Origin: Saccostrea cucullata | Lineage: Eukaryota | Direction of reading: 5' to 3' | Length of the DNA stretch: 64,000 bases | Assembly: GCF_032062105.1 (NCBI RefSeq) | Contig: NW_026929981.1 | Span: forward strand, 496,001-560,000 | In this document: piece after piece, positions 1 through 11,868 of the stretch | Layout of the letters: every line of letters starts with the position of its first letter | How positions within the stretch are numbered: the stretch's first letter is position 1 | The notes under the pieces: model-generated | The model's database searches: none | Seen by the model: only the letters and a program-made list of their open reading frames with translations | What the model was told of the DNA's origin: nothing | Position numbers and translations under genes: made by a program

Positions 1-94
1 CATTCATTTTTCATACTCAATCATAATTCTCTGCATGGGTACATAGCAGGAAGAATGAAAAAAGTAACAAGAAAAAAATTATATTAGGTCGTAG

Positions 95-247
95 CACAGG
101 AGTCGGAAGTTTTTATCGTCAATCAAAAAAAAAAAATCCGGAAAACAATTTTCCCACCTTCAACTAAACGTTAGTTGAAGGTGGGAGATTTTTTTTACGG
201 ATTTTTTTTTCTTTTATGATTGACGATAAAAACTTCAAACTCCTGTG
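95..247. mobile_element. Palindromic (fold-back) MITE
   Basis: CACAGGAG..GAAGTTTTTATCGTCAATCA at the left is mirrored by TGATTGACGATAAAAACTTC..CTCCTGTG at the right. There is an inner inverted repeat TCCCACCTTCAACTAA/TTAGTTGAAGGTGGGA, and near-identical 7-bp flanks GTCGTAG (88-94) and GTCGTAA (248-254). Confidence 0.75.
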
Positions 248-446
248 GTCGTAAAGAAGAACTTAATGGCTTGTGTATTGATAGTTTTTAGGCCAACTTA
301 TGTATTAGGTGATGGTAAACCAAGATTCCAAAATGCTATTGTACTACAATTTTTAGCTGATTAAACATGATTCCTAAAATTAGTTTTTGAATTTGGTAAT
401 GCATAACAGGTAGATTGTACTTATTTGATCTTTTTATAGCTTTATA

Positions 447-915
447 CAGTAAAACTCGGTTATAGCGAAGTCCTGGGGACCTGTGAATTTAATTCGCTAT
501 ATCCGTAATTGGTTATATCCGTATAACAAATTCGTATAACCATACATAGCGAATTCGCAATATGTATGTTTTCCTTCAAGAGTTACTACAAAATATGTTA
601 GGGAAGCAAATATTACAAAACATACTTTCGATAACTAAGGTTTTATTATGAATTGAATTTTATATACAGATGCTAAAAGAAAGTAAAGTCAGTTCAATTT
701 TATCAAATTTTGAGATCTTAGAAAGTTCGTTATAAAAGATGTAAATTTCATTATATTTAATCTCAACGGGACTCAAAATCAGTTCGCTATATCTGTAAAT
801 TCGTTATATCAGAGATCGTTATAACCGTAAAATTTTACAAAGATTTGTTAAGAATTTTGCCGGGGATCCAGAAAAACTTCGCTATATCCGTGTTTGTACT
901 AAACGAGTTTTACTG
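447..915. mobile_element. Tc1/mariner (pogo/Tigger-like) MITE
   Basis: TIRs CAGTAAAACTCG / CGAGTTTTACTG with TA on both sides; internal repeated TTCGCTATATCC motifs. Confidence 0.8.
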
Positions 916-1138
916 TATGGCCTGTGGTTTAAAACATGAACCAAATTCAATTGTTGGAAAGTTGTTGCATGATACTCAGGTGACCTATATGTATAAGGCC
1001 TGTGGGCCTCTTGTTTCTTATATTATTAGATTCCTTTGTTATTACTTTGTGTTTTTTCTTCCACTAAACTAATGGTACATATATTAATGATGAACAAAAA
1101 AATTATCATGGATATAAAATGTGCCTGTGTATTTGCAG

Positions 1139-3873
1139 ATGAGAATCTTTGTATCTAACTTTAACATGACACCGTACAATGGCTCAGAGTCTTTAGTAAG
1201 TATTCAAAGGTTATGAGATAATAATGATGTAGTAATTGACATTTACTATATTTTATGAGAACATACTTATGTAAAACTTAAATGTTTTGGTGGCACGTTT
1301 TTCTTGTTTTCTTGAACTTGATGGGACTAATCTTATATAGCTGCAATAATGTAGCCCTCTCCTTTTTTTTTTTTTTTGGGAGAGGGCTACAACTCCTTAG
1401 GATCTCCGTAATGGTGCAGAGCGGGAGCGATTCGCTCCCGCACGAATTTCGGCTCAAATTGTCAGTAAATGGCTACTTTATAAACATTTCTTACCCTGAC
1501 TCCAACAAAGTAGTCATCCATGCCGTAAATCAATCCAAAAATATACAGAACGATCCATATATCGCTTATTTTTCGTGTATGTCAACATCACAACTCGAAT
1601 TTATCCGCCATGTTTACTGACCTTGATAGATTGTATTTTGGGACAGCCAATGAGAATTTAGGTTCTATAGGAGCGGATCTTTTTGGAGTTCCCTTATTTT
1701 AAGCATAAATATCGCTGCTTGCATAAAAATAACACTTAAAATGTTTTTATTTACCGATGTTTTTGTGATAAAATTCATCATAATCATTTATAAACACCTG
1801 ATTTGCTTTATTCAGTTGTTCTAAATTTCAAGCGAAAGTCTGATTACGTCACGCGTGAACTGTCATGGCTGCTGAAGTAAACTACCAGGAAACTGGCAGA
1901 GTTATTTTACAAGTTTTTCGCATTTAACGGGCTCTGTTGTTGACAGTGAATAAAAATTTCGTCTTATTGGAAGTAAGTTGAATGTAAAAATAATTTATTT
2001 TGCCTGCAGTCGCTCCTATTTTAAAAAAAATATTTGCACCATTACGGAGATGCGACGGAATTGTAGCCCTCTCCTGAAAACATCAGATTAAAAAAAATCG
2101 GAGAGGGCTACATTATTGCAGCTAAATCTTATAGTGTAACCCAACTTTTATTCATGTGCGAGAAATATTCGTGAGTTTCACAACCTTCTTTAAGTCACGA
2201 ATATAAATCGCCGTGAACCATTTATTTTACTTTATTTTTGTATAAAATTTTCCTTATTCGGGAACATTATTCGTCGCTGATTGATTTCAAACTGATGAAT
2301 CGCGAATGAAAGATAATGCAAATAATAGCTGGTTTACAGTAGTTGAAATATATCCAAGGATTTGTAAACAGAAACAAAAAAGTGATTGGGACTGCCAACT
2401 AATTTCAGTATATCTCAGGTTTTCAAGATAGCAGATTTTTAGATATCAGGGTTTAACTGTATTTGTCTCTCTTTACAAAGATTAACTTTTTCCTCTAATC
2501 TATGCAGTGTACCCTTAGATCAGAAAGAAATTTTATTTGCATTGAAGTCATCACTTCATATTGGACCTGAATGCCACAAATGATATATGATTTCAGAAAA
2601 GAAATGATTCGTTACAACAACAAAAAATTAGCAGAATTATCTTCCATTTTCCGTGGATTTGCTCTTATTCATCATTAGTGAAATATTTCTTTCTCTTTCA
2701 TTTTTGGATAAATGTAATAGGAGTGTATAATGTGAAGTATTTCTAATTTATTAATTGAAAATACATACTTAAATTTTCTTCACAGGTTTGGGTTTCACAA
2801 CAAGAACCAGAGACGCTGGATCCAGTGACAAGATATGAAAGCAATACTTCCTTCTTAGGAAAAAGATATGTGACACAAAGAAAGGTACAAACTGAATCAG
2901 CATTTAGTTTAAAGTATTCCAGGTGTTTGCTTTCCCTGCACGTTTTAATTTTGTAAACTGGGAATAAAATTGCTAATGAAGTATTTTTCCAGTTCTTTTA
3001 AGTATTTTTGCTTAATAATGAATCCAACATTCTGTGACAAATTTCATGTTTTGGAAAAACTGATCATAATTAATTTGCTTTCAAACATGTAAACATCAAT
3101 TATTTTATTGAGAAAACATTATTTTCCAGAGGTGCCCTAACTATTGTATGTTGAAACTAGCAGATAATCAATAGACCTATATGCATGTTATTGTCTGACA
3201 AATTCCAAACATTCTTAAGTGCAGCTTGTACAGTATCTGAGACAAATTTCAATTAATCAAATCTGCAGCTGCTGCAGTCAACATTTGAAAAATAGGTGAA
3301 AGATCTATATTTTTAAGGTAGTTTACATGTATATTTCAAAATGCATGCCTACTTTGTTGTCTTGTTAGCTTATGGGAACACTTGTCCTTAAAAAGGAATG
3401 GTTTAAAAGGTTTTAAGATTTTTTTTACAGTAGTTTCATTTCTCAGATTTCTGTTTTGGACATGCAAATCTGCAGTTTTGATGACTGTCTTTTATGGTTA
3501 TGCCCCTATAGAAGAAGGGAGGGCATATTGCTTTGCTGCTGTCGGTCAGTTGGTCAGTCAGCCTGTCGATCCACCATCAGTTTCTGTACGTTCCTTTTCT
3601 TTGCAGAGGTTGCATACTTCTAAATGAAATATGAAATACAGGTTTATCATAAGAATATCTAGGTCAAGATTTGTTTAGGATACAATTGAGCCATTTTGGA
3701 CAGAGTTATGCCCCTTGGACTTCGGAAAATTCCAATTATTTGTAGTTTCTGTTCATTTTCTTTGCTTAGGTTGCACATAATAGAATGAGATTTTGTATAC
3801 AGATGTATAATTATTATAAAAATATCTATATCAAGTTCTGTTAGGCTATGATAGAGTCTTCTTAGCTCATCGA

Positions 3874-3906
<33 letters not shown>

Positions 3907-6158
3907 CAGTGTCCGTCGTCCGACCGTTCATCTGTAAACTTTTCACATTTTCAACTTAATTCTTCTCAAGAACCACCAGGCCAATTTTAACCAAACTTAG
4001 TACAAAGCACCTTTGGGTGAAGGGGGATTCAAATTTTTAAAATGAAGGGCCAATCCTTCTGCCAAGGGGAGAAAATCAAGAAAAGACAAAAATAGGGTGG
4101 GGTCATTAAAAAAAAAACTTCAAGAATCACTGGGCCAGGAAAGCTGAAACTTATGGAAGCATTTTGGGGAAGTGTAGATTCATTTTTTTGGTAAGGTCTA
4201 TTCCAAAGTAACTGCAAGCTCTATCAGATCAAAAAATGCATAAATTTTGGATGTACAACTTTTAGAATGTTGGTTAATAACCTTACTTACTGTAAACCAA
4301 CTTTTATTTGCATGCAAGATATACTCTCGAGTTTTGGGACCTACTTTAAGTCACGAATATTAAATGCCACAAACCATTTATTTTGCTTTGTTTATGTAGA
4401 AAATATTTCCTTATTTGTGAAAATTAATCGCCACGGATTGATTTCAAGCTGACGTATTGCGAATAAAAGATGACGCGAATAATAGTTGGTTAACAGTATA
4501 GAGACAACATTCGTTGAGGTGAACTCTGTAATCTCTGATTACCTATGGGGTTTTTATACGCCCGTCTTAAGACGGGACGTATTATGTTATAGGCTTCGTG
4601 TCCGTCCGTCTGTCCGTCTGTCCATCTGTCTGTCTGTTAGCTTTTCGTTTCCGGCTCATAACTTTAAAACTATTAGGCCTAGGATTATCAAACTTTGTCA
4701 TCTGATGCATCTTGGGCAGAAGGTGTGTCGCGCACAAAAAGTAGGTCGCTCTGACCTTTAATTAAGAAGATATAGCCAAATATGGAAAAATCCTTTCCGG
4801 CCCATAACTAGAAAACTATAAGACTTACGATCATCAAACTTGGCCAGTTTATGCATCTTAGGTAGAAGGTGTGTCGCGACCTATTTCAAGGTCACTGTGA
4901 CCTTTGATTTAAATGAAATTTTACTATTCATTTACACATCCCAAATAAAGTAAGAGTATTGCACTGTCCTTATTAAAAAAGTGTTAAATCAAGAAAATAC
5001 TTATTTTTTTTAAAGCATATACTTGACAGCAATCTATAACAAATATTATGTATGTTAAAGAAATCCTACCTCTCCCATGAGTGTAATTATCAAGCACTGG
5101 TCAAGACTCAAGAAGAATTTTGATAACAGAAAATTGCATGTCAAATTAGAGAGAAATTAATGAGTTTTGAGTGTGAGGAGTTCGCTAATAGCTAGAGCAT
5201 GGTGTTATCTATATCCCTTGAGTATTGGGCAAATGTGTGAGCCTGTTGGATTAAAAATAGCTCTTGCTGGCTGGCCTAAGTTTTAAAATAAATTTAATGA
5301 AAAGTAATTAAAACTAATTTAATATTGCATAGTAGAATAATCTTATATTATATAAAATTGTTAATTTATAAAAACTAATTTTATGGGATTGGGGTGGAAT
5401 CAGCATGTCCATATGAATTTTATATTAAAACCTGTCGGACATTAAATGTCAACCAAAAAAAATCTTTGAGTATTTCATATGTTTTTAAAAAAGTTATGGT
5501 AGATAGTGCAGACCCATTCATCTATTGGTATTAATGAGTAGACAAGCATCCAGTTAAAGATTAATTAATGAGTTCAGGCTAGCTGTCTTAATCACTCTGA
5601 TCAAGCTGTATGATGACCTTTGGGAATTAGAACAGAAGAACTGTTGGTTAGTTTACAGCATATGTCATTTGATGGCCAGCCTTTTCTTTTCAAAATTAAT
5701 TTGATATAGATAAATTTGTTAAGACTAATTTGATATTGTTTAATATGATGGGCATTTGACAAACACAACCAGCATAGAAATCCATCAATGATGTAATATT
5801 TGTTATAACTAATGCTTACATCACAGGGGATGGATAAATATTTTTTAGGAATGGAAAAATCATGGAAATTTAGAATCAGGGTTGACGTGATTGCAAGCTA
5901 AACTGTTGAAGAAAATTGTAATTTTTGACGGGCGTATCATGCTGTGGCGCGGCACTTTATTTTCAGTTGAAATTGTGTCCATACCCCTTTAAGCTAGCTT
6001 CATGTATTTGCACGTATGAGCTTAATACATATTGTAAATTTTGCATATTTTATCTCTCTCTGCAGCTTCCCATTGAGACAACTACATGTGACCAGTTGTT
6101 TGAGGAGTGTGAATCCATGTACAAAAAATTTAAAGATGGACAGCCATTGGATGAATAG
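1139..6158 (+). CDS. 3' portion of an unidentified protein-coding gene (last three exons; 5' part outside window)
   Basis: AG/GT-bounded phase-0 exons 1139-1195, 2786-2884 and 6066-6158 splice in frame to MRIFVSNFNMTPYNGSESL-VWVSQQEPETLDPVTRYESNTSFLGKRYVTQRK-LPIETTTCDQLFEECESMYKKFKDGQPLDE*. AATAAA lies near 6345. Family not recognised. Confidence 0.7.
1338..2124. mobile_element. Non-autonomous Mutator-like (MULE) element
   Basis: TIRs TAGCTGCAATAATGTAGCCCTCTC / GAGAGGGCTACATTATTGCAGCTA with an exact 9-bp TSD AATCTTATA (1329-1337 and 2125-2133). Confidence 0.85.
3499..4200. mobile_element. Two adjacent Helentron/HINE-like non-autonomous element fragments (also at about 11448-12150)
   Basis: TATGCCCC..GGAGGGCATATTGC followed by a (GTCA/GTCT) microsatellite, then a TTAGCTCA..GCTCAAGTGAGCTTTTCTGATCAC head shared with the element at 7405. 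Confidence 0.6.
4289..4498. mobile_element. TA-flanked MITE (family also at about 2135-2340, 9850-9990, 12251-12466)
   Basis: TACTGTAAACCAACT...AGTTGGTTTACAGTA-type terminal inverted repeats recur in several copies. Confidence 0.65.
4553..5958 (+). mobile_element. Helentron/HINE-like non-autonomous element, specific to duplication copy 1
   Basis: 5' TACGCCCGTC with adjacent inverted GACGGGACGTA, a (GTCC/GTCT)n microsatellite, 3' subterminal GACGGGCGTA plus a short hairpin TGCTG..CGGCA, T-rich insertion site; absent from copy 2. Confidence 0.75.
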
Positions 6159-7404
6159 CACAAGTTTGAAAATGTACAAAATTTACCAAAAAATGAAACA
6201 TTCAGTCTCTGAGCTGTTTTATTTCAAAGTGTCTGTACAATATTTTTATGTGTAATCCGAAGTAAAAATTTGCTCAATCAATTTTGGATGTATTTTGAAA
6301 AATGATTTTTTTTTATTATTATTTTTAAAAACATTTTTAATTAAAATAAACATTTTTTTTTTTATTTTTTATTGTATTCATGGTTACATTTGCTTTACAC
6401 TAAGGTAGCATCTCTTGTACAGCTATGCATTATCAGTTATCCATGTCACACAGATAATTTATATTGCTGTCATTCCTGTTTATCATCATTGTGAATCTTC
6501 TGTCAACTTTTTATTTTAGCATATTTGACTCCTTTGAATTATTTGAAATTTAATTCTGGACCAATTTCCTCCAATCTTGTTATATCTGTAATGTTTCTAT
6601 TGCTCAGGAGAAACAAATATGTGAAATCACCCCCTAGTCTAAGCTATATATGACAGAGAGAAATACATTGTACATGGCACACAAATCCATTTTAATTCTA
6701 ATGGCAAAGGATTGACCATCTTCTTGTACACATAATTCTTAGGTGACTGTCAAGGCCAATGGGCCTTTTGTTTTTATATAAATTTATTACAGTAAATAAC
6801 TGTTTCAAACTGCACACTGCAAAATATATGTAATACCTATATTAAACATGTAGAAAGAACTGTGATATCACATGTTTATTTTTTCTTTTACATACTTCAT
6901 GTATATTACAGTCAATTGTTATTTTACAAGTACTTCTAGGAATAAAGTCATGAAAACTATAAATGATTGGCTCTCTATTCAGCAATGAGAAAATCTAATT
7001 CTCTATACATCGGGACACTTCATGAAGCATGGTAAAATTTTCTTAATTAATATTCATTGGATATATGTTTTCAATGAAATTAATTTTGTTTTATATACTG
7101 AAAGTGGAGGGGGGGGGGGGGGGGGGTAATTGAAAGAGAAAAAAAAATTACAAAAAAAAAGGAAAAAATTGTCCAGCCTCAAATTTCTATTTCAGGGGAA
7201 GGGGGGAGCATAGGGGCTTGTCTTCCAGATTGTTACATGTAAAATAGATTAATAAAATTTTGAATCTACTTTAAATCACTTATGATAAAAGTTGATAAAA
7301 TATGAAGATTCTGACAATTTCAGTCAAGAAAAATCACATTTGAAAAAGATATACCACGTACGCCTATGTACCTTAAGTTTATGTATATAGTTGTGGTACA
7401 TCTT

Positions 7405-7415
7405 TTTAGCTCACG

Positions 7416-7448
<33 letters not shown>

Positions 7449-7807
7449 CATTTTATCTGTCGTCCATCCGTCTAGCTGTCCAGCTGTCTGTCTGACTGTC
7501 TGTAAACTTTTCACATTTTCGACTTCTTCATAAGAACCACAAGGCCAATTTTAACCAAACCTGTTACAAGGCATCCTTGGGTGAAGGGGAATTTAAATTG
7601 TTAAAATGAAGGGCCAGGTCCTCTCACAAGGGGAGATAAGTCAGTAAAATATCTTCTTCTCAAGAACCACTGGGCCAGAAAAGTTTAAACATGTAGAAAC
7701 GTCCTGGGGTAGTGTAGATTCTTAATTGTTCAAATCATGACCCCCAGGGGTTGGGCAGGGCTACAATAGGGAATCAAAGTTTAACATAGAAATATATAGG
7801 GAAAATC

Positions 7808-7841
<34 letters not shown>

Positions 7842-8552
7842 GAAAAGCTGAAACTAATGTGGAAGCATCATTGGGTAGTGTAGATTCTAAATTGTTCAAA
7901 TCATGACCCCGGGGTTGGTCGGGGCCACAATAGTGAATCAAAGTTTTACATAGAAATATATAGGAAAAATCTTTAAAAACCTTCTTCTCAAGAACTACTG
8001 GGCCAGAAAAGCTGAAACTTATGTGGAAGCATCTTTGGGTAGTGTAGATTCTAAATTGTTCAAATCATGACTCCCAGGGGTTGGGCAGGGCCACAATAGG
8101 GAATCAAAGTTTTACATAGAAATATATAGGAAAAAATCTTTAAAAATCTTCTTCTCAAGAACCCCAGAAAAGCTGAAACGCATGTGGAAGCATCCTGGGG
8201 TAGTGCAGATTCTAAATTATTCAAATTATGACCCCGGAGGTTGGGTGGGGCCACAATGGGGAATCAAAGTTTTACATAGAAATGTATAGGAAAAACTTCT
8301 TTTTAAGAACCACTAGGCCAGAAAAGCTTAAACTTATGTGGAAGCATCCTGGGGTAGTGTAGATTCTAAATTGTTCAAATCATGCCCCCCCCCCCTGGGT
8401 TGGGCGGGGCCACAATAGGGAATTTGAATTGTCCAAATTAAGACCCTTGGGGTACAATGGGGTCACAGTAGGTATTACAAGGGGGAAATCTGGTTAAGAA
8501 TCGCATGGTCAAAGCTTCCCAGGTGAGCGGTGTGGCCCATGGGCATCTTGTT
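7405..8552 (+). mobile_element. Helentron/HINE-like element carrying an approximately 165-bp tandem satellite core (about 5 units)
   Basis: TTTTAGCTCACGTGAGC head, (CTGT)n, repeated TTCTCAAGAAC..GGGCCAGAAAAGCTGAAAC..GTAGTGTAGATTCTAAATTGTTCAAATCATGAC units, 3' CAGGTGAGCG..GGCCCATGGGC..CTTGTT end; absent from copy 2. Confidence 0.8.
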
Positions 8553-9251
8553 TAAATGTGGTTTTTCATGACTGAAATTGTCAGCTCTTAGGTGTAAATG
8601 TATTAAATGTAGATTCAAAATTTTATTATGTTATATTTAAGAATCCGGTAGAAAAGCCCCTATGTGGAAAAGTAGAATGGAACTTCTTTCAATATATTAC
8701 CAATTTATTTTGAAGTGCCACCATTTACCATCAGTGAAAGTGGGGGGGGGGGGGGGTAAATGCTACGCTACAATATTGAATGAGAAAGAAAAAAATAATA
8801 TAAAATTATTACATCACAAAACATATTTATCACAAATATACTCTTTCTGTATCTCTGTCTTTCAAATACTAGTAGCAACAGTTCTTGCAGCTCTTAACTT
8901 TTACTATTTCCGAGTTGCCAATTTTGAACAATGAATAATTACATATGATATAACAGTGACGTTACGGTGTAACAATTCTTAAGTTGGACTTGTCAACTGA
9001 GAAATTGTTAGACCGATGTAAGAAACATTTCTTTTGTTGGACTTTTTATTAATAACACATGTATACAGAAAAATATATAAAAGGTATAACAAAATGATGT
9101 ATACATGTATGTAATCTTTTGATTAATTTACTGGAAGTATTGGTGACAATTTTTAAGAGTATTTATCTGACCACACATGAAGTGTGAAATTCCCCAAAAC
9201 ATATTGATTGCATAACAAATATTACACAGACCTTCATAATTTATCAGCATG

Positions 9252-9450
9252 TTAAGATTGTTTATGTTTGTGCTTTTTATGCTTATTATATTTTCTTGGA
9301 TGAACTTTCAACTGATTTGTGTCTGTCTTTTTCAAAGCAATATCACTTTTCTTTTTTTCCACCCAAACTCCGCTTGAGTCATCTCCTTTAATAGTTTCAA
9401 GTTTTGGCTTTTCAAACACTTCACTATGTTTTCTCCGTTTTCTTTTCCGT
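9252..9450 (-). pseudogene. Orphan duplicate of the 3' end of the RP9-like last exon
   Basis: Matches 15053-15258 but is cut at the duplication breakpoint, with no acceptor and an in-frame TAA just upstream on the - strand. Confidence 0.8.
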
Positions 9451-10321
9451 TAATCTCAACCTTAACCCCCACCCCCACCCCACCCCGTTAATAAAATTGC
9501 ATGAACTCATAGATGAGGGAGACTAACTCTCAAGTAATGGGATAATATAACTTAAACTTGTTCTAGAGCCATTTCACATCTCATGATGTGGCGCTCCAAA
9601 CTGGACAATTGTTCTGCAAGTTTGTTATTAAATTGCATTTGAAGTAATGTCTGTGTCAAAAGCTGTTGAATTCTGGAGGGGAAAAAAGCATATCATTAAT
9701 AAGATAAGTTAAATTATTCAATCAGGTCTCTTTTTCCACTTTGCATCAGCATCCCAGTCTAAGGTTAATGAATTTCATAACATAATATAAAGATTTTCAA
9801 ATATAAATAATTTATATAATTAATTTATATATACATATATATATATATGAATATAATTCGCCGTGAATCGTTTATTTTGCTTTGTTTTTGTATAAAATTT
9901 TCCATATTCGTGAACATTATTCGTCGCTGATTGTTTTCAATCTGATGAATAGCGAATAAAAAATAATGGAAATAATAGTTGGTTTACAGTAAATGAAATA
10001 TCCAAGGATTTGTAAACAGAAAAAAAGTGATTGGGACTCACAATCAACTCATTTCAACATATCTCAGGTTTTCAAGATAGCAGATTTTTAGATATCAGGG
10101 TTTAACTGTGTATTTGTCTCTCTGTACAAAGATTAACTTTTTCCTCTAATCTATGCAGTGTACCCTTAGATCAGACAGAAATTTTATTTGCATTGAAGTC
10201 ATCACTTCATATTGGACCTGAATGCCACAAATGATATGATTTCAGAAAAAGAAATGATTTGTTACAAGAAAAAAAATAAGCAAAATTCCATTTTCTGTGG
10301 ACTTGCTCTCATTCATCATTA

Positions 10322-10635
10322 GGCCACACCAATAAAATTTATTGTTCGTCGGACCCGCTCTCTTGTATTTAAACAAAAGTATACAAATAATATTAATTTA
10401 AAATTCCTGCACCATGGGATTTTTGTGCTGATTTCTCTTCTATTTCCGCTCTATTCATCGTACTTTTAATCTACTTAGCCAGAAAATCAAAAAAAAATAT
10501 AATTGTCCGTTCAAAGTTTTTCACACCCAGCCTAGAAATTTTGCCAACCAAAAAGTAATATTATTATTATTCAACCGCTAACCCGCTCGTTTTTCATAAA
10601 ATGTCCGACGAACAAGAAATTAAATTTGCATGGCC
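10322..10635. mobile_element. MITE, PIF/Harbinger-like, specific to copy 2
   Basis: GGCCACACCAA..TTGTTCGTCGGAC / GTCCGACGAACAA..TGCATGGCC imperfect TIRs; inserted at a TTA that is empty in copy 1 (CATCATTAGTG near 2671). Confidence 0.7.
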
Positions 10636-10748
10636 TTGGTTAAATATTTCTCTCTCTCTTTCGTTTTTGGATAAATGTAATTGGAGTCTATAATGTGAAG
10701 TATTTCTAATTTATTAATTGAAAATACATACTTAAATTTTCTTCACAG

Positions 10749-11833
10749 GTTTGGATTTCACAACAAGAACCAGAGAAGCTGGATCCAGTGACAAGATATG
10801 AAAGCAATACTTCCTTCTTAGGAAAAAGATATGTGACACAAAGAAAGGTAGAAAATGAATCAGAATTGAGTTTGAAATATTCCAGGTGTTTGCTTTCCCT
10901 GCACGTTTTAATTTTGTAAGCTGGGGATCAAGCTGCTAATGAAGTATTTTTCTAGGTCTTTAAGTATTTTTGCTTAATAATGAATTCTGTGACAAACATG
11001 TATTGGAAAAACTGATCATAATTAATTTGCTTTCAAACTTGTAAACATCAATTATTTTATTGAGGAAACATTATTTTCCAGAGGTGCCCTAACTATTGTA
11101 TGTTGAAACTAGCAGATAATCAATAGATCTATATGCATGTTATTGTCTGACAAATACTAAACATTCTTAAGTTTAGCTTGTACAGTATCTGAGACAAATT
11201 TCAGTTAATTAGATCTGCAGCTGCTGCAGCCAACATTTGAAAAATAAATGAAAGATCTATATTTTTAAGGTAGTTTATATTTCAAAACACATGCCCACTT
11301 TGTTGTCTTGTTAGCTTATGGGAACACGTCCTTAAAAAGGAATGGTTTAAAAGGTTTTAAGATTTTTTTTACAGTAGTAGTTTCATTTCTCAGATTTCTG
11401 TTTTGGACATGCATATCTGCAGTTTTGATGACCATCTTTTATGGTTATGCCCCTTATAGAAGAAGGGAGGGCATATTGCTTTGCTGCTGTTGGTCAGTTG
11501 GTCAGTCAGTCTGTCTGTTAGTCGGTCTGTCGATCCACCATCAGTTAATTTCTGTTCCTTTTCTTTGCAAAGGTTGCACACTTCTAAATGAAATATGAAA
11601 TACAGGTTTATCATAAGAATATCGAGGTCAAGATTTGTTTAGGGTACAATTGAGCCATTTTGGACAGAGTTATGCCCCTAGGACTTTGAAAAATTCCAAT
11701 TATTTGTAGTTTCTGTTCATTTTCTTTGCTTAATTAGGTTGCACATATTAGAATGAGATTTCGTATACAGATTTATTATAAAAATATCTAGATCAAGTTC
11801 CGTTAGGTTATGATAAAGTCTTTTTAGCTCATT

Positions 11834-11868
<35 letters not shown>

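Larger units (their letters stand above)
2199..9450. repeat. Segmental tandem duplication, copy 1
   Basis: Colinear high similarity to 9849-15258, including exons, 3' UTRs and shared repeats; the copies differ by copy-specific insertions. Confidence 0.9.

Noticed and set aside
7650-8420. Regularly spaced repeats superficially like a CRISPR array
   Set aside because: Whole units repeat with no unique spacers, no cas genes, and a eukaryotic context.
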